DNA from: a virus
Taxonomy: Duplodnaviria > Caudoviricetes
Reading direction: 5' to 3' (one strand)
IMG/VR virus record: IMGVR_UViG_3300033066_001296
Location: 1-64,000 of that record
Length of the DNA: 64,000 nt
Every line of letters starts with the position of its first letter. Positions within the stretch are counted from its first letter, which is position 1. The position numbers were made by a program, and so were the translations under genes. Positions 28,154 through 37,851 of the stretch are shown here, in pieces. The notes under the pieces are model-generated. The model was not told the DNA's origin and made no database searches. It worked only from the letters and a program-made list of their open reading frames with translations.

Positions 28154-30088
28154 TCAGGCGCTTGTGAAAGCAGGGGCGAATCCAGAAGAAAGCCGCTGAG
28201 ATGCCATTGCTTCGAGATCCGAGGCAAACGCCGAGGCAACACGATCGGGATCAAAGCCTTCCGCAAACCTCTGAGTAATATCGAATCTGGAGTAACGGAA
28301 GTCCTGAACAGCGTGAGGGCGGTTGGTGCGATCTCCATGTCCTGTTCTGCCAAGATTCGCACCGCCTTTCCCGATCTCCGAGATGCTCTTTTGGATTGCA
28401 AGCATCCAATCTGGGATGGCGTTTGTGGATTGTCGCACCGCGCCCTCTTGAGCGCGAGCAGCTTCGCCCATATGACGACCCGCAAGATCGAATGCGGCAC
28501 TTACCCCCTCTCCGACACCGGCCAGTGGATTGAACACACTTCCGATAACACCAGCCACGGTTTGAAGGACTTGTGCAAGTGCAGAAGTACCTGCCATCAA
28601 CTCTTGAAAGTACCCGATTACAGCTTGAATTCCAGGTGCTACAAACTGGAAGATCGCAATCAGTTGGAGGAACGTCGAGAACAGCGGCGACAGCATTGTC
28701 AGAGTTGGTACGAGCAAATTGCTGACATAGAAGGAGATGATGGAGAACACCATCCCACCCTGCTGCCACAGCATCGAAAAGAAACTCTCAAAGAATGGGA
28801 ACATCTTGTTGAAGACTGTTCCCATTGCGCTGAAGACGCTTCCGATAACTCCATAAGCTGTAGTCGCAACGCCCCAGAAGAAAGTACCGATTGCGATGAC
28901 CTTATCAACAAGGAACTTGAAAGCTGGCCATACGTAGTCCGTAATTCCAGACCAGATGAGCCTGACGGCACCTATGAACAAGTTGCCCGCAACCCCAAAA
29001 GCCGAGCGTAGGGGTCCATAGATTCGCATCAGAACTGGAAAGAGCTCTCCTGTTACGAAGTTGGAGATTCGTGCTCCGAAGTTCTGTAGCTCCGGGAGGA
29101 TCCCAAGCATGAACTTCTCTGCTCGCATGATGGTGTCTGTGACCTTATCAATCGCACCCGCACCAAGCTGCGCAAAGTACCTGCCGATACCTGCAATCAC
29201 AGGGTAGAACGCGGACAACTGTCGGTTGACCTCGATCATTGTGCGCTTCCAGGCATTGAACAAAGGCTCGGAAGCCTCGAGGTAGAGCTCGTGCTGGAGC
29301 GATGTGAAGGTGCCCATGATTGCCTCATAAGCATCTCCAGTTGCGTCCATCATGGGCTGCAACTGCCCTGCAATGTCCTCAAGAACCTGAACTCGTTGCT
29401 CCTGTGTAAGTCGGTTGAACTCTGCGGGAGTGTTGATTCGCTTACCCTTGAATCGAGCATAGTTCGAGAACACCTCGGTCCAAGAGCGATCCACGATCGA
29501 AGAACGTCCTGTAAGGGCCTGTACGATGTCTCGGCTTGCCTGCGGCGCATCAATACCCGCCGCAACAGCACCAGCCGTCAAGTAGTTCGAGAGGTGCGTT
29601 GCGCGCTCGAGAGTCATCCCCCGCACCTTCGCCATGTGAGGTAGCGCTACTGAGAAGGTCTGGAGATAGTCATTCAGCTCGCCGGGAAGCAAAGCAGCGT
29701 CCTTCGACATCTGTCGAACGATGCCTCTCGAGAACTGGCGAGCATCGTTGAACTGCCGTTGGTAGACTTCCGTAAACTGAGCAGAGCGTTGAGCTTCTGT
29801 TGCTCCGGGCATCGATCTTGTGATGTCACGGTTGATCTCTGCGACAGTCTGGCCGACGTAGCCATACTGACGAAGCGAGCGAGAGATGTTGTTGAGCTGT
29901 TGCTCTCTTCCAGACCACGCACTTGCAATGTTCTGAAGAGGTGCAACAAGGGCTGAAAGGCTGGCTTGTGCAACGCTGGCAATCTCGGTCACGGACCAGA
30001 GACGTGCAGCGATGCCTACGAGGCCAGACGATACGCCCCCGTCGATGAATGAGAGCTGGTAGGCAATCGCCTGGGCCATCTGTAGCAT
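28154..30088 (-). CDS. tape measure protein
   Basis: 644 aa helical Ala-rich protein with hydrophobic repeats, after the tail chaperones. Confidence 0.85.
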   Translation of the reverse strand: MLQMAQAIAYQLSFIDGGVSSGLVGIAARLWSVTEIASVAQASLSALVAPLQNIASAWSGREQQLNNISRSLRQYGYVGQTVAEINRDITRSMPGATEAQRSAQFTEVYQRQFNDARQFSRGIVRQMSKDAALLPGELNDYLQTFSVALPHMAKVRGMTLERATHLSNYLTAGAVAAGIDAPQASRDIVQALTGRSSIVDRSWTEVFSNYARFKGKRINTPAEFNRLTQEQRVQVLEDIAGQLQPMMDATGDAYEAIMGTFTSLQHELYLEASEPLFNAWKRTMIEVNRQLSAFYPVIAGIGRYFAQLGAGAIDKVTDTIMRAEKFMLGILPELQNFGARISNFVTGELFPVLMRIYGPLRSAFGVAGNLFIGAVRLIWSGITDYVWPAFKFLVDKVIAIGTFFWGVATTAYGVIGSVFSAMGTVFNKMFPFFESFFSMLWQQGGMVFSIISFYVSNLLVPTLTMLSPLFSTFLQLIAIFQFVAPGIQAVIGYFQELMAGTSALAQVLQTVAGVIGSVFNPLAGVGEGVSAAFDLAGRHMGEAARAQEGAVRQSTNAIPDWMLAIQKSISEIGKGGANLGRTGHGDRTNRPHAVQDFRYSRFDITQRFAEGFDPDRVASAFASDLEAMASQRLSSGFAPAFTSA

Positions 30089-30091
30089 GGG

Positions 30092-30304
30092 TCAGTCCTT
30101 GTTGATTGTGTTCTCTTCTCCGATAAGCTCCACAACACAATCGATGAATTTGTGGAGGTCTTTGGAGGGCATCATCATCGCATCGACAATGCCGATATGT
30201 CCATACCGACAAGCGATTGCGATCTTCTTCCAGAAGTCCTTCTGGTACTGCTCAATGTCGATGGACCTTGCGGCGAAAAGCCACATGGGCCACGACACCT
30301 TCAT
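30092..30304 (-). CDS. tail assembly chaperone, downstream part (T-like)
   Basis: Between chaperone and tape measure; in the -1 frame of the upstream chaperone. Confidence 0.7.
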   Translation of the reverse strand: MKVSWPMWLFAARSIDIEQYQKDFWKKIAIACRYGHIGIVDAMMMPSKDLHKFIDCVVELIGEENTINKD

Positions 30305-30690
30305 ACGGTGCTCGCCTGCACCCCTTGGAGAAAAAAATCCAGCTCTTCACGCTTTGGGTTCGAGATGGTGCTGTATGCGATGGTGAGTAGAGCTCGCCCT
30401 TTAGGTCCGATCTCAGACATGAACACATCGACAGACTCGTCGGCTGCACTGAGCTTTACAACCGAACCATCTGCCTTCTCTGCCTTGATGAGCGAAAGCT
30501 TCACAAGGGCTTGCTGAAGAAGTGCAGCATCCGTGCCTGCTGCGGAGATGGCTCGCGCTTCCATGCTTGGTAGAAGCTCGCGAAGTGAGATCTTCGAATA
30601 CCCGCCAATCTCCGCTTGAAGCGAAGGTGGGACGGGGAATGTGAACTCGGTAGCTGGCCGATACGACTTTACGCTTAGTTGATCTGACAT
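30301..30690 (-). CDS. tail assembly chaperone (G-like)
   Basis: 129 aa between tube and tape measure genes. Confidence 0.7.
   Translation of the reverse strand: MSDQLSVKSYRPATEFTFPVPPSLQAEIGGYSKISLRELLPSMEARAISAAGTDAALLQQALVKLSLIKAEKADGSVVKLSAADESVDVFMSEIGPKGRALLTIAYSTISNPKREELDFFLQGVQASTV
30331..30337 (-). other. -1 ribosomal frameshift slippery heptamer T-TTT-TTT
   Basis: GAT TTT TTT CTC; the -1 frame is open (SPRGAGEHR) into the ATG at 30304. Confidence 0.65.
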
Positions 30691-30713
30691 TGGTTACTCG
30701 CCTTTCTTGAATC

Positions 30714-31151
30714 TCACGTTAGGACAGCAGAGGCTTCCGAGCAAGCTGCTTCGAGCTTGACCGTCACGTAGTCGGTGCGGTTCCCGGCGTTGATTGGGAA
30801 TGCACCAAACTCCACATCACGAAATGTGACACGAGCCTGCTGTCCGTTTGGATAGGTGATCGTACACTTGATGTTGATCCTCGTTCCAGGGGTGCGACGA
30901 CGTGCCTTGTCCACCGCGCTCTGGATCAGCGAGAAGATCTTGTTGTTGTTGGTGTGGAGTTCCATGTCGAGCTTGATGCCCTTGAACACGGAATCCTTAC
31001 GGTTCGTGGTTTCCCCAATGTAACCCTCGTCCTTGATCTCAAGTTCGTACGTAAACGAAAAGCTTCGTACGCAGTTAACTTCGTCAAGAATGTCCGAGTC
31101 CTGAATGATGATTACTGACACATTCTGACCCAAAACCCTTTGACTTGCCAT
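30714..31151 (-). CDS. tail tube protein
   Basis: 145 aa directly after the sheath; EGYIGETTNRKD. Confidence 0.75.
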   Translation of the reverse strand: MASQRVLGQNVSVIIIQDSDILDEVNCVRSFSFTYELEIKDEGYIGETTNRKDSVFKGIKLDMELHTNNNKIFSLIQSAVDKARRRTPGTRINIKCTITYPNGQQARVTFRDVEFGAFPINAGNRTDYVTVKLEAACSEASAVLT

Positions 31152-31157
31152 TTCCTC

Positions 31158-31186
31158 TTGTCAAATCCTCTCTGTTTAGCTACCTT
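31158..31186 (+). promoter_or_regulatory. promoter for a near-leaderless HNH mRNA
   Basis: TTGTCA-N17-TACCTT; 8 nt to ATG. Confidence 0.6.
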
Positions 31187-31194
31187 CTGACCAT

Positions 31195-31845
31195 ATGCAA
31201 CGACTTGATTTGACAGGTCAAAAGTTCGGTAGACTTACGGTGGTAGAGTACATCAAAAAGGATGAGAAAGGGAAGATCTGGTGGAAGTGTATTTGCGACT
31301 GCGGAGAGTCAATCGAAACCTACACGCTGCTCCTAAGATCGAAAAAACAACAATCGTGCGGATGCTTGAGGAAAGAGACATCATCCAAGCACTGCGAAGG
31401 TATGACCAAGCACGGGCACTACAAAGGCAACAAACCCACGCCAGAGTGGTCTGCTTGGGCGGCGCTCAGAGCTCGTTGCTACGTTAAAACACACAAACAG
31501 TACAAGAACTACGGGGGCAGGGGAATCGCTGTTTGCGAACGCTGGCACACCTTCGATAACTTTCTGGAAGACATGGGGAAGAGGCCAGACAAAGGCTACT
31601 CAATCGATCGAATCGATAACTCGAAAGGATACGAGCCGGGAAACTGTCGGTGGGCAACTACCACCGAGCAAAACAACAATATGCGAACAAATAGACGAGT
31701 TTCTTACAACGGCGAGGAACTTACACTGGCGCAGTGGTGTAAAAGACTTCACATATCGAGGGGTCTGTTGAAAGCCCCTTTGCAACGACTTGGTTCTTAT
31801 GAGAAAGCTTTGGAGGAGATTATTGGCAAGCTCAAAGAACTTTGA
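31195..31845 (+). CDS. free-standing HNH homing endonuclease, antisense to the late operon
   Basis: DLTGQKFGRLTV, CICDCG, YGGRGIAVCERW, SIDRIDNSKGYEPGNCRWAT. Confidence 0.92.
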   Translation: MQRLDLTGQKFGRLTVVEYIKKDEKGKIWWKCICDCGESIETYTLLLRSKKQQSCGCLRKETSSKHCEGMTKHGHYKGNKPTPEWSAWAALRARCYVKTHKQYKNYGGRGIAVCERWHTFDNFLEDMGKRPDKGYSIDRIDNSKGYEPGNCRWATTTEQNNNMRTNRRVSYNGEELTLAQWCKRLHISRGLLKAPLQRLGSYEKALEEIIGKLKEL

Positions 31846-31924
31846 GAAGCCATCTATATCTCCTAGAGAAGAAGCGCCCTATTGTATCGCACCGGGCCAG
31901 TGCGCTTGTGGTCCGCAGGCGAGA

Positions 31925-33958
31925 TCAGACCACAGAGGTTGTTACGGTGTCTGGGCCAATCTCCGTAGCGAGGACCAGATCATCGAGAGTTGAAAGCATT
32001 CTCACCTTTGTCTTCACAACATGCACCCCTCTTGCGGTGAGTGCTGGTGTGTTGAGCGTCTTGTCGTCCAGCGAATAGCTATCAATACGCTGCGCTTCAG
32101 GGTTGTTCTCCGAGAGAAGGTCGCCAAGGAAGGCATCAAACTCGGAGAGGATTGCATCCTTGAGAGACTCACGAAGCAGGCGCTTGTTGAGCTGGTTGCC
32201 CCGTGCTGCAAGCGTATCCTGAATGAAGTCTGCCATTCTCCGACGATTGATGTTTGTCTCGCCTGCCGTTAGAGAGGTAGTTACACCCGATTGGATGATC
32301 GGTCCCACAACCCGATCCATGCGAAGTGCGGCCACGCCGTACTGCTTGAACAGCTTATAGGTTTCCATGTCCAGAGACGGTGTGCCCCTCTGGTAGCCAA
32401 GGATCGGAGAGAAGATCTGCGGAACTGGATCCGATGCTTGGCCTGGGTTCAATTCAGGTTGCAAGTTGGACAACAGACAGGCAAGCCAAGTATCCATCCC
32501 CACATCGAGAATTCCATCATCTGTAGTCGTACCATCTGGACAGGCAATCGAGTAGCCAACTGCTTCTGGGATGTAGGTACGGCAACCGGGCCAGGAGTAC
32601 CAGACACGCTCGTTGCGCACCGCGCCACCTGTACCTCCGACACCCGGAGCCGCAGATGCAAGCACCGCAGCGATCGTAAGCGTAGACAGGGTTGGAGACA
32701 CAAGCGCACAGCGGCTCATCCCACGCGACGTGGACGTGAGTACATGATTGTACAAGTACGATTGGATCGTCGCATCCTTGCGTGCGCAAGTGACAATCGA
32801 GATCTCGTTCGTCGGATAGTCATCGTTCAGGAGTGCGTTGATGGCATCCAAGTAACGATTCCGCATGTCGGATGTTGTGGATGGGTTCGCTGCATGAAGG
32901 TCCGCATCGTAGGTCAGAGCACCCGAAGGGTGCGTGTAACCTGCGAGACCCGAAAGCTCGCTCCAATACGTTCCCGAAGCTGCGGTAGGCGCAGGAGAAG
33001 GTGTCAGTGCAGTGCCAGCGCTGATCGTGGCCACGGTTGGACGTGCCAGAACCGTGTAACCACCCGCCTCAGAGAACTGGTTCAGAGGGCCAGAGTCCGC
33101 GTCCGATCCTGCGTGAACACGGTAGGCAAGTGCAGAGCCAGCTTCCCAATCCGATGTGGTGAAGTTCGCGCCATTCTGCTTCTGGACTGTGATTTCCAGT
33201 CCGTTCGCATTGACCGACACGACACGGAGAGTGCCCGCTCCTGCGCACAGAAGGTTCTGCGAGAGTGCCGCCGCGTTCAAAGAGCCCGGAACGACAGCAT
33301 CGCCCTCGACCACACCATCCGAAACAAACGAACCTGCGGCTCTTGTGATGGTTACGGTTGCGGCTGGGAGACCAGAAGTAACCGTCGTACCGTCCACACC
33401 CGAACTCTTTGGCGAGCTTCCGGTGAAGTCCACGCTCTGCGCGAGCTTCAGATAGTTCGAGCTGTTGTAGAACTGAGTACCCGCCCAAACGCGCGCAGGG
33501 GTCACTGCAACAATTGGAATTACAGAAGTTGCGGAAGTGTTGGTAGGGAGTTGACGCCAGATGCGAATGCCGTACTGAGTGCCCGATCCCTGACGAACAA
33601 GGTCCACTGGAACCACCACAAGCCTCGAGAAACGCTTGTTGCGAAGTTCCACGAAGAGGTTACCCATCTCCGCACCGAACTTGCCGAGCGAGCGATCAAA
33701 TGGGCCGATCTTATCGAGAAGATCTGAACCACCGTACACTTCCTGGGGTCTGAACTTCGAGATGACCTCTCCCGAGGTGTTCACTGCGCAGCAGTAACTC
33801 ATGTCGGAACATTCACCGACGACTGCCACAACACCATAACTTGCCCCGCGAATTGGACCCGGAGAGCGTTGATCCACAATGACAACGCCCTCAATTGCGG
33901 TGATCTCTTCGACACCGGGAAAGTATGTGTACTTACGAATAAAACCAGCACCAGCCAT
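31925..33958 (-). CDS. contractile tail sheath protein
   Basis: N-terminal FPGVEE; C-terminal NINRRRMADFIQ...FLGDL; followed by the tube gene. Confidence 0.88.
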   Translation of the reverse strand: MAGAGFIRKYTYFPGVEEITAIEGVVIVDQRSPGPIRGASYGVVAVVGECSDMSYCCAVNTSGEVISKFRPQEVYGGSDLLDKIGPFDRSLGKFGAEMGNLFVELRNKRFSRLVVVPVDLVRQGSGTQYGIRIWRQLPTNTSATSVIPIVAVTPARVWAGTQFYNSSNYLKLAQSVDFTGSSPKSSGVDGTTVTSGLPAATVTITRAAGSFVSDGVVEGDAVVPGSLNAAALSQNLLCAGAGTLRVVSVNANGLEITVQKQNGANFTTSDWEAGSALAYRVHAGSDADSGPLNQFSEAGGYTVLARPTVATISAGTALTPSPAPTAASGTYWSELSGLAGYTHPSGALTYDADLHAANPSTTSDMRNRYLDAINALLNDDYPTNEISIVTCARKDATIQSYLYNHVLTSTSRGMSRCALVSPTLSTLTIAAVLASAAPGVGGTGGAVRNERVWYSWPGCRTYIPEAVGYSIACPDGTTTDDGILDVGMDTWLACLLSNLQPELNPGQASDPVPQIFSPILGYQRGTPSLDMETYKLFKQYGVAALRMDRVVGPIIQSGVTTSLTAGETNINRRRMADFIQDTLAARGNQLNKRLLRESLKDAILSEFDAFLGDLLSENNPEAQRIDSYSLDDKTLNTPALTARGVHVVKTKVRMLSTLDDLVLATEIGPDTVTTSVV

Positions 33959-33978
33959 GAGTTACTCCGATTGGGAAT

Positions 33979-34605
33979 TTATCCCGAACTTGTTACAACT
34001 TCTACAAGAGCTCTTGGGTTGAATCGCGGAAGAACAACTCCGCGAACATATGGACAGGCAACTCGTACTCTTGCGTTGAGCTTTTTGTATCTTCGCTCAT
34101 TATCAGCCGAGATGTCTTCGTATGCAACAGAGAGCAATTGATATTCTGCTCTTTGCCCATAGTAGTGAGGCATGTCAAGCATGAACCCGAACATCCATTC
34201 GACCGGGTTGAGTGCATCCTCAAGGCACGTAAGACACTGCTCACGAACCCCCTCATCGTTCGTCCAGACGTGCAATGTCAGTTCCATGCGAAGGTCTCCT
34301 GCGAGGAGGAGTGCAAACTCACCTTCCTGGTCGTGGATGACTTGCTTGTCCAGCACACCATCTTCCGTTCCGTATTGGATGTCCCCTTCGGGGTAGATCC
34401 CAACACTCGGATACTCGGCAAGGTCTTCTGGATCCGCCTTCATGGCTTTTACAGCAGCAAACTTGAAGTGTGTCTGACCATCGATCGGGAATGTGACCGT
34501 TTTGAGGTACTCGGCGAGTGCAACAATAGGAGACTTGCTTGCGGAGTATTTCCGGTATCGGGTGGGGCTAACGTGAATGTTAGGCTCTGTAACGAGGAGA
34601 CTCAT
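33979..34605 (-). CDS. tail terminator / neck protein
   Basis: Position before sheath; EYPSVGI, LTLHVWTND beta pattern. Confidence 0.6.
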   Translation of the reverse strand: MSLLVTEPNIHVSPTRYRKYSASKSPIVALAEYLKTVTFPIDGQTHFKFAAVKAMKADPEDLAEYPSVGIYPEGDIQYGTEDGVLDKQVIHDQEGEFALLLAGDLRMELTLHVWTNDEGVREQCLTCLEDALNPVEWMFGFMLDMPHYYGQRAEYQLLSVAYEDISADNERRYKKLNARVRVACPYVRGVVLPRFNPRALVEVVTSSG

Positions 34606-35117
34606 TTTGCAGCCTTTGCTCTAGCGCGTTCCAAGGCTTCCTGAATTCTCTTGTTGAAGATCTCCGCAATACGATCCGAGCTTTCGCTCACAATGCGACG
34701 AGGTTGGAAGCGCCAGCCCTGCCGCTTGTTGATTGCGTGCTTGATCGCCTTGGCGACTTTACGAGCCTTTGGACCGGCCACACCGAGCTTCTGGTTGACC
34801 CACGCTTCCAAGTTGATGAGAGCATTGGGTCCGAGCTTGCGTGTCGTGGCGAGCACACCATACTCCACAGGACCCGCGTGCTTCACCTTGTTGAGCACCT
34901 TTACGGTCATGGCGGTGGGGGAGTATTCAAAATCCCAACCTGCCTGGAGCTTGCCTGAGGCTACGGCACCCGCACGCTTTGTCTTTGCAACAAGCACGGT
35001 TTTAGCCTGTCGAGCCGCTTGTTTCATTGCGGCTTCGATCTCCTTTTTGATGGAGATTCCGAGCATTCTTTCAAATGCGCCCACCTTGTTGATGGGAACT
35101 CGATACGTTAGGCTCAT
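34602..35117 (-). CDS. tail completion protein (HK97 gp10-like)
   Basis: VASGKLQAGW...HAGPVEYG...FQPRRIV. Confidence 0.7.
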   Translation of the reverse strand: MSLTYRVPINKVGAFERMLGISIKKEIEAAMKQAARQAKTVLVAKTKRAGAVASGKLQAGWDFEYSPTAMTVKVLNKVKHAGPVEYGVLATTRKLGPNALINLEAWVNQKLGVAGPKARKVAKAIKHAINKRQGWRFQPRRIVSESSDRIAEIFNKRIQEALERARAKAAK

Positions 35118-35644
35118 CCTGGTCTCCCGTCATGCTGGCGGTCGGAGCCAGCTCGGATCAAGTTCACCGACCATTGCAAAGATTCTGCTTTGAAGCTCGG
35201 CACACCCTTCACCATGAAGCGTCTGCGCTTCTTGAGATCGGAGACATCGCCCTTGTCGAGCCTCACTTCCCAGGAGAAGGTTTCATTGTCTGCGATACCA
35301 GAACCGTCTGGATTGCGACCAAGTAGTTGATTCTCCGTGTAGCGAGGAGAGATCTGGCTTACTTGGAGTGAACCTTGCTCATCTATACCAATGTCCAAGA
35401 GCTGAAGCTGCACGGACGCCATCTCTTGAATCTTCGGAACGGGAAGAATCTCTTCCTCTCGGATCAGTGACTCCACACCCTCACCCCGCTCCTCTCCAGA
35501 CCATCGTGTCCAGATGAGGAAGACTCTGTAGGGCCTTGCCCCAAGCTCAACTGGAATCTGGCGAATACAATCCACGCATTCCATGAGCTCTCCGAGCATG
35601 GACTCCTTGTAATTGAAGTCTTCAAGAGCTTGTTTGAGGTTCAC
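35114..35644 (-). CDS. head closure / head-tail connector protein
   Basis: Position in the neck module; beta-rich. Confidence 0.55.
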   Translation of the reverse strand: MNLKQALEDFNYKESMLGELMECVDCIRQIPVELGARPYRVFLIWTRWSGEERGEGVESLIREEEILPVPKIQEMASVQLQLLDIGIDEQGSLQVSQISPRYTENQLLGRNPDGSGIADNETFSWEVRLDKGDVSDLKKRRRFMVKGVPSFKAESLQWSVNLIRAGSDRQHDGRPG

Positions 35645-36051
35645 CTTGCAACCCTCACGTTCATGTTACCCCCCGCATGTGTTGCGTAGGGGTACATGGT
35701 CACACCGAGGCAATCCGCAAGCCTCTGGCACCAGTACTTGTATTCTTTGCGCAGAAGGTCGGTGGTGTTCTGATTCGCATTGGTGCGGAGAGTAATCTCC
35801 CCGACTTGCTGAGCGGAAAGCAGACATGCCGCCTTGATGATCTTGGCTTCAAAGCCGTCCAGCACACCCAGAAGAGTCTGAACCCGCTCCTTGGATTCCT
35901 CCGTAAGATGGTTCATCGCCATCTCGAGAAGGAACGCAGGCTGCGTAGGTTGCACCATACCCATCGCATAGATGATTGGCGATGTAGATTCTGGATAGCC
36001 CAGGTGCCTTCTTGTTCTGGCTTTCTCGTCTTCAGTTAGTAGAGCTGACAT
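35641..36051 (-). CDS. head-tail adaptor protein
   Basis: LTEDEKARTRRHLGYP...LADCLGV pattern; first neck gene. Confidence 0.6.
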   Translation of the reverse strand: MSALLTEDEKARTRRHLGYPESTSPIIYAMGMVQPTQPAFLLEMAMNHLTEESKERVQTLLGVLDGFEAKIIKAACLLSAQQVGEITLRTNANQNTTDLLRKEYKYWCQRLADCLGVTMYPYATHAGGNMNVRVAR

Positions 36052-36319
36052 GGACTTCCTTGAACTCTACACCAAAAGGCAAGATCTTGTCGGCCCACTC
36101 TTTGTTACGGATGATCTTTCCTTTTGAAACGTAGGTAAGACCACCTGTCAGGCTCGGGACCAAAACTTGCTGCTCGTTCTGGACAATCCAATACGCAACC
36201 TCAGGAAGTACATCCTTTGGAAGATCTGGATTGTCAGGGAGTGCTTCGAGCTCGACAGGAGCTTCGATTGAGGTGTTAGTGGGTGTTGGTTGGAATTTGT
36301 TTAGTCTAGGTCTCGCCAT
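36032..36319 (-). CDS. small hypothetical protein after the capsid gene
   Basis: Extended -10 TG-C-TAGTCT (36328-36336) 8 nt upstream of ATG. Confidence 0.55.
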   Translation of the reverse strand: MARPRLNKFQPTPTNTSIEAPVELEALPDNPDLPKDVLPEVAYWIVQNEQQVLVPSLTGGLTYVSKGKIIRNKEWADKILPFGVEFKEVHVSSTN

Positions 36320-36382
36320 GATTTACGAGACTAGCACCAGACAGATCGAAGGAAAAGGGCTTTACACCAACCCTAACTGAGA

Positions 36383-37780
36383 TCAAGCCCCGTGAATTAG
36401 AAGGGACCAGCGTTTATACCTAGCGCTGGTTCCGGGTGCGGTTGCATCCGTGCGTGCTGGCCAGTCGGCATCGAGACGCCACGAAGCCTTCACGAGATCC
36501 TGGAAGCGGTTCTGAGGTGCGAGGATGATCATCTTCACACGCTCTGCGACGATCGAGATGCCATCGTTCGACACTTGAACGTCCGTCATCTTGCCGAGCA
36601 TACCCGCGTCCGTGAGGTACATCAGAGGATCGCGGTAGTACTCCATCATGCCACCGCGGCCCGTGAAGAGCATACGGTGGATTGGAGTGCCCGATGCCGT
36701 ACCATCGCTGTAAAGCTCGCCTGCGAATGGGTCCTGCTGCGAGAACGTGATACCGTCATTTGGATACACGGTGTTCACGTAAGGGCACTGGTTGTTCATG
36801 ACGAACGAGCAACCAAGCATCATACCGAGCACCATGTCACGATACATATAGTGCTCAGGACGGCCCGTCAGCATTCGCTGGATTTCGGTATCCGCAAGGA
36901 TTGCCGTCTGCGAGTTCGGATCGATGTGAACGTGATACGTACCATCTTGGAAACGAGGCACGTTGTTGATCTGAAGCTTCGAGACCACCGTACGGATGTC
37001 CTGAAGGCGAGGAAGGTCCGTCGAACCGATGTCGTTGACCGACGTTCCGCCACCCACGAACGACACTTCCGAGCGATCGGAGGCAAGAACCGCCGCACGA
37101 TCGGACCAGTTCATTGCCACTGCGAGCGTCAGAATGCCAGGACCCACCTCATCTCCCGCCGTGTCAGGAGTGAAGCCGACCACCGATGCAGCCGTACCCC
37201 CCACCGTAATTGCAAGAGGGTTGGACGAAGACACGGTATTGAACCGAACCTTCGAGCCCGCTGCAAGGTCTGGACGACGGGCGCGAGTGAAGCCATTGAG
37301 GCGCTTCACACGGAGCGAGGCCGAGCTTCCGCCCGACGCAGCACCATCTGCAACCGTCCAACCCGACTCTGCGGTGTTGTACATGCGGTCACGCACGATG
37401 ATGTTGAGCGTCTGTGCCGCCTGGAGACCCAGCTTGCGAATGTGCTGGAGGAACAAGTTCGCAATCGCCATCGTTGCCGTAGGCATGTGGGTGTCGATTG
37501 CCGAGCCGTACGTGTGAAGCTCAGCTTCCCACTGCTCGACAGCATACGACTGCGGAGTTGGGTCTTCGCCGGGACGGATCGGACGAGCATCGGGAGCCAT
37601 CAGACCGTCGCCCGAGAAGACGTAGGTGTCTCCTGCCTCTGCGGGCCAAGGCACCGCCGACACTTCCCCACGGAAGATCAAGTTGGGGAAGAGCACATCG
37701 TGGAAGGCTCTCTCAAGAAGACCTTCCTGAACGATCGCGCGAGTCGTTGGTGTGTTCAGAAACGTTGAAAAATCTGGCAT
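36383..37780 (-). CDS. major capsid protein (HK97 fold, N4-gp56-like)
   Basis: 465 aa after the scaffold; QWEAELHTYG, LQINNVPRFQDGTYHVHIDP motifs. Confidence 0.85.
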   Translation of the reverse strand: MPDFSTFLNTPTTRAIVQEGLLERAFHDVLFPNLIFRGEVSAVPWPAEAGDTYVFSGDGLMAPDARPIRPGEDPTPQSYAVEQWEAELHTYGSAIDTHMPTATMAIANLFLQHIRKLGLQAAQTLNIIVRDRMYNTAESGWTVADGAASGGSSASLRVKRLNGFTRARRPDLAAGSKVRFNTVSSSNPLAITVGGTAASVVGFTPDTAGDEVGPGILTLAVAMNWSDRAAVLASDRSEVSFVGGGTSVNDIGSTDLPRLQDIRTVVSKLQINNVPRFQDGTYHVHIDPNSQTAILADTEIQRMLTGRPEHYMYRDMVLGMMLGCSFVMNNQCPYVNTVYPNDGITFSQQDPFAGELYSDGTASGTPIHRMLFTGRGGMMEYYRDPLMYLTDAGMLGKMTDVQVSNDGISIVAERVKMIILAPQNRFQDLVKASWRLDADWPARTDATAPGTSARYKRWSLLIHGA

Positions 37781-37851
37781 TTACTTACCTTTCAGTCCTT
37801 TTGGGCGTTGAGCCCTTTCTTTCTATCTCATCGCCCATTGGGCTGTTTGTA

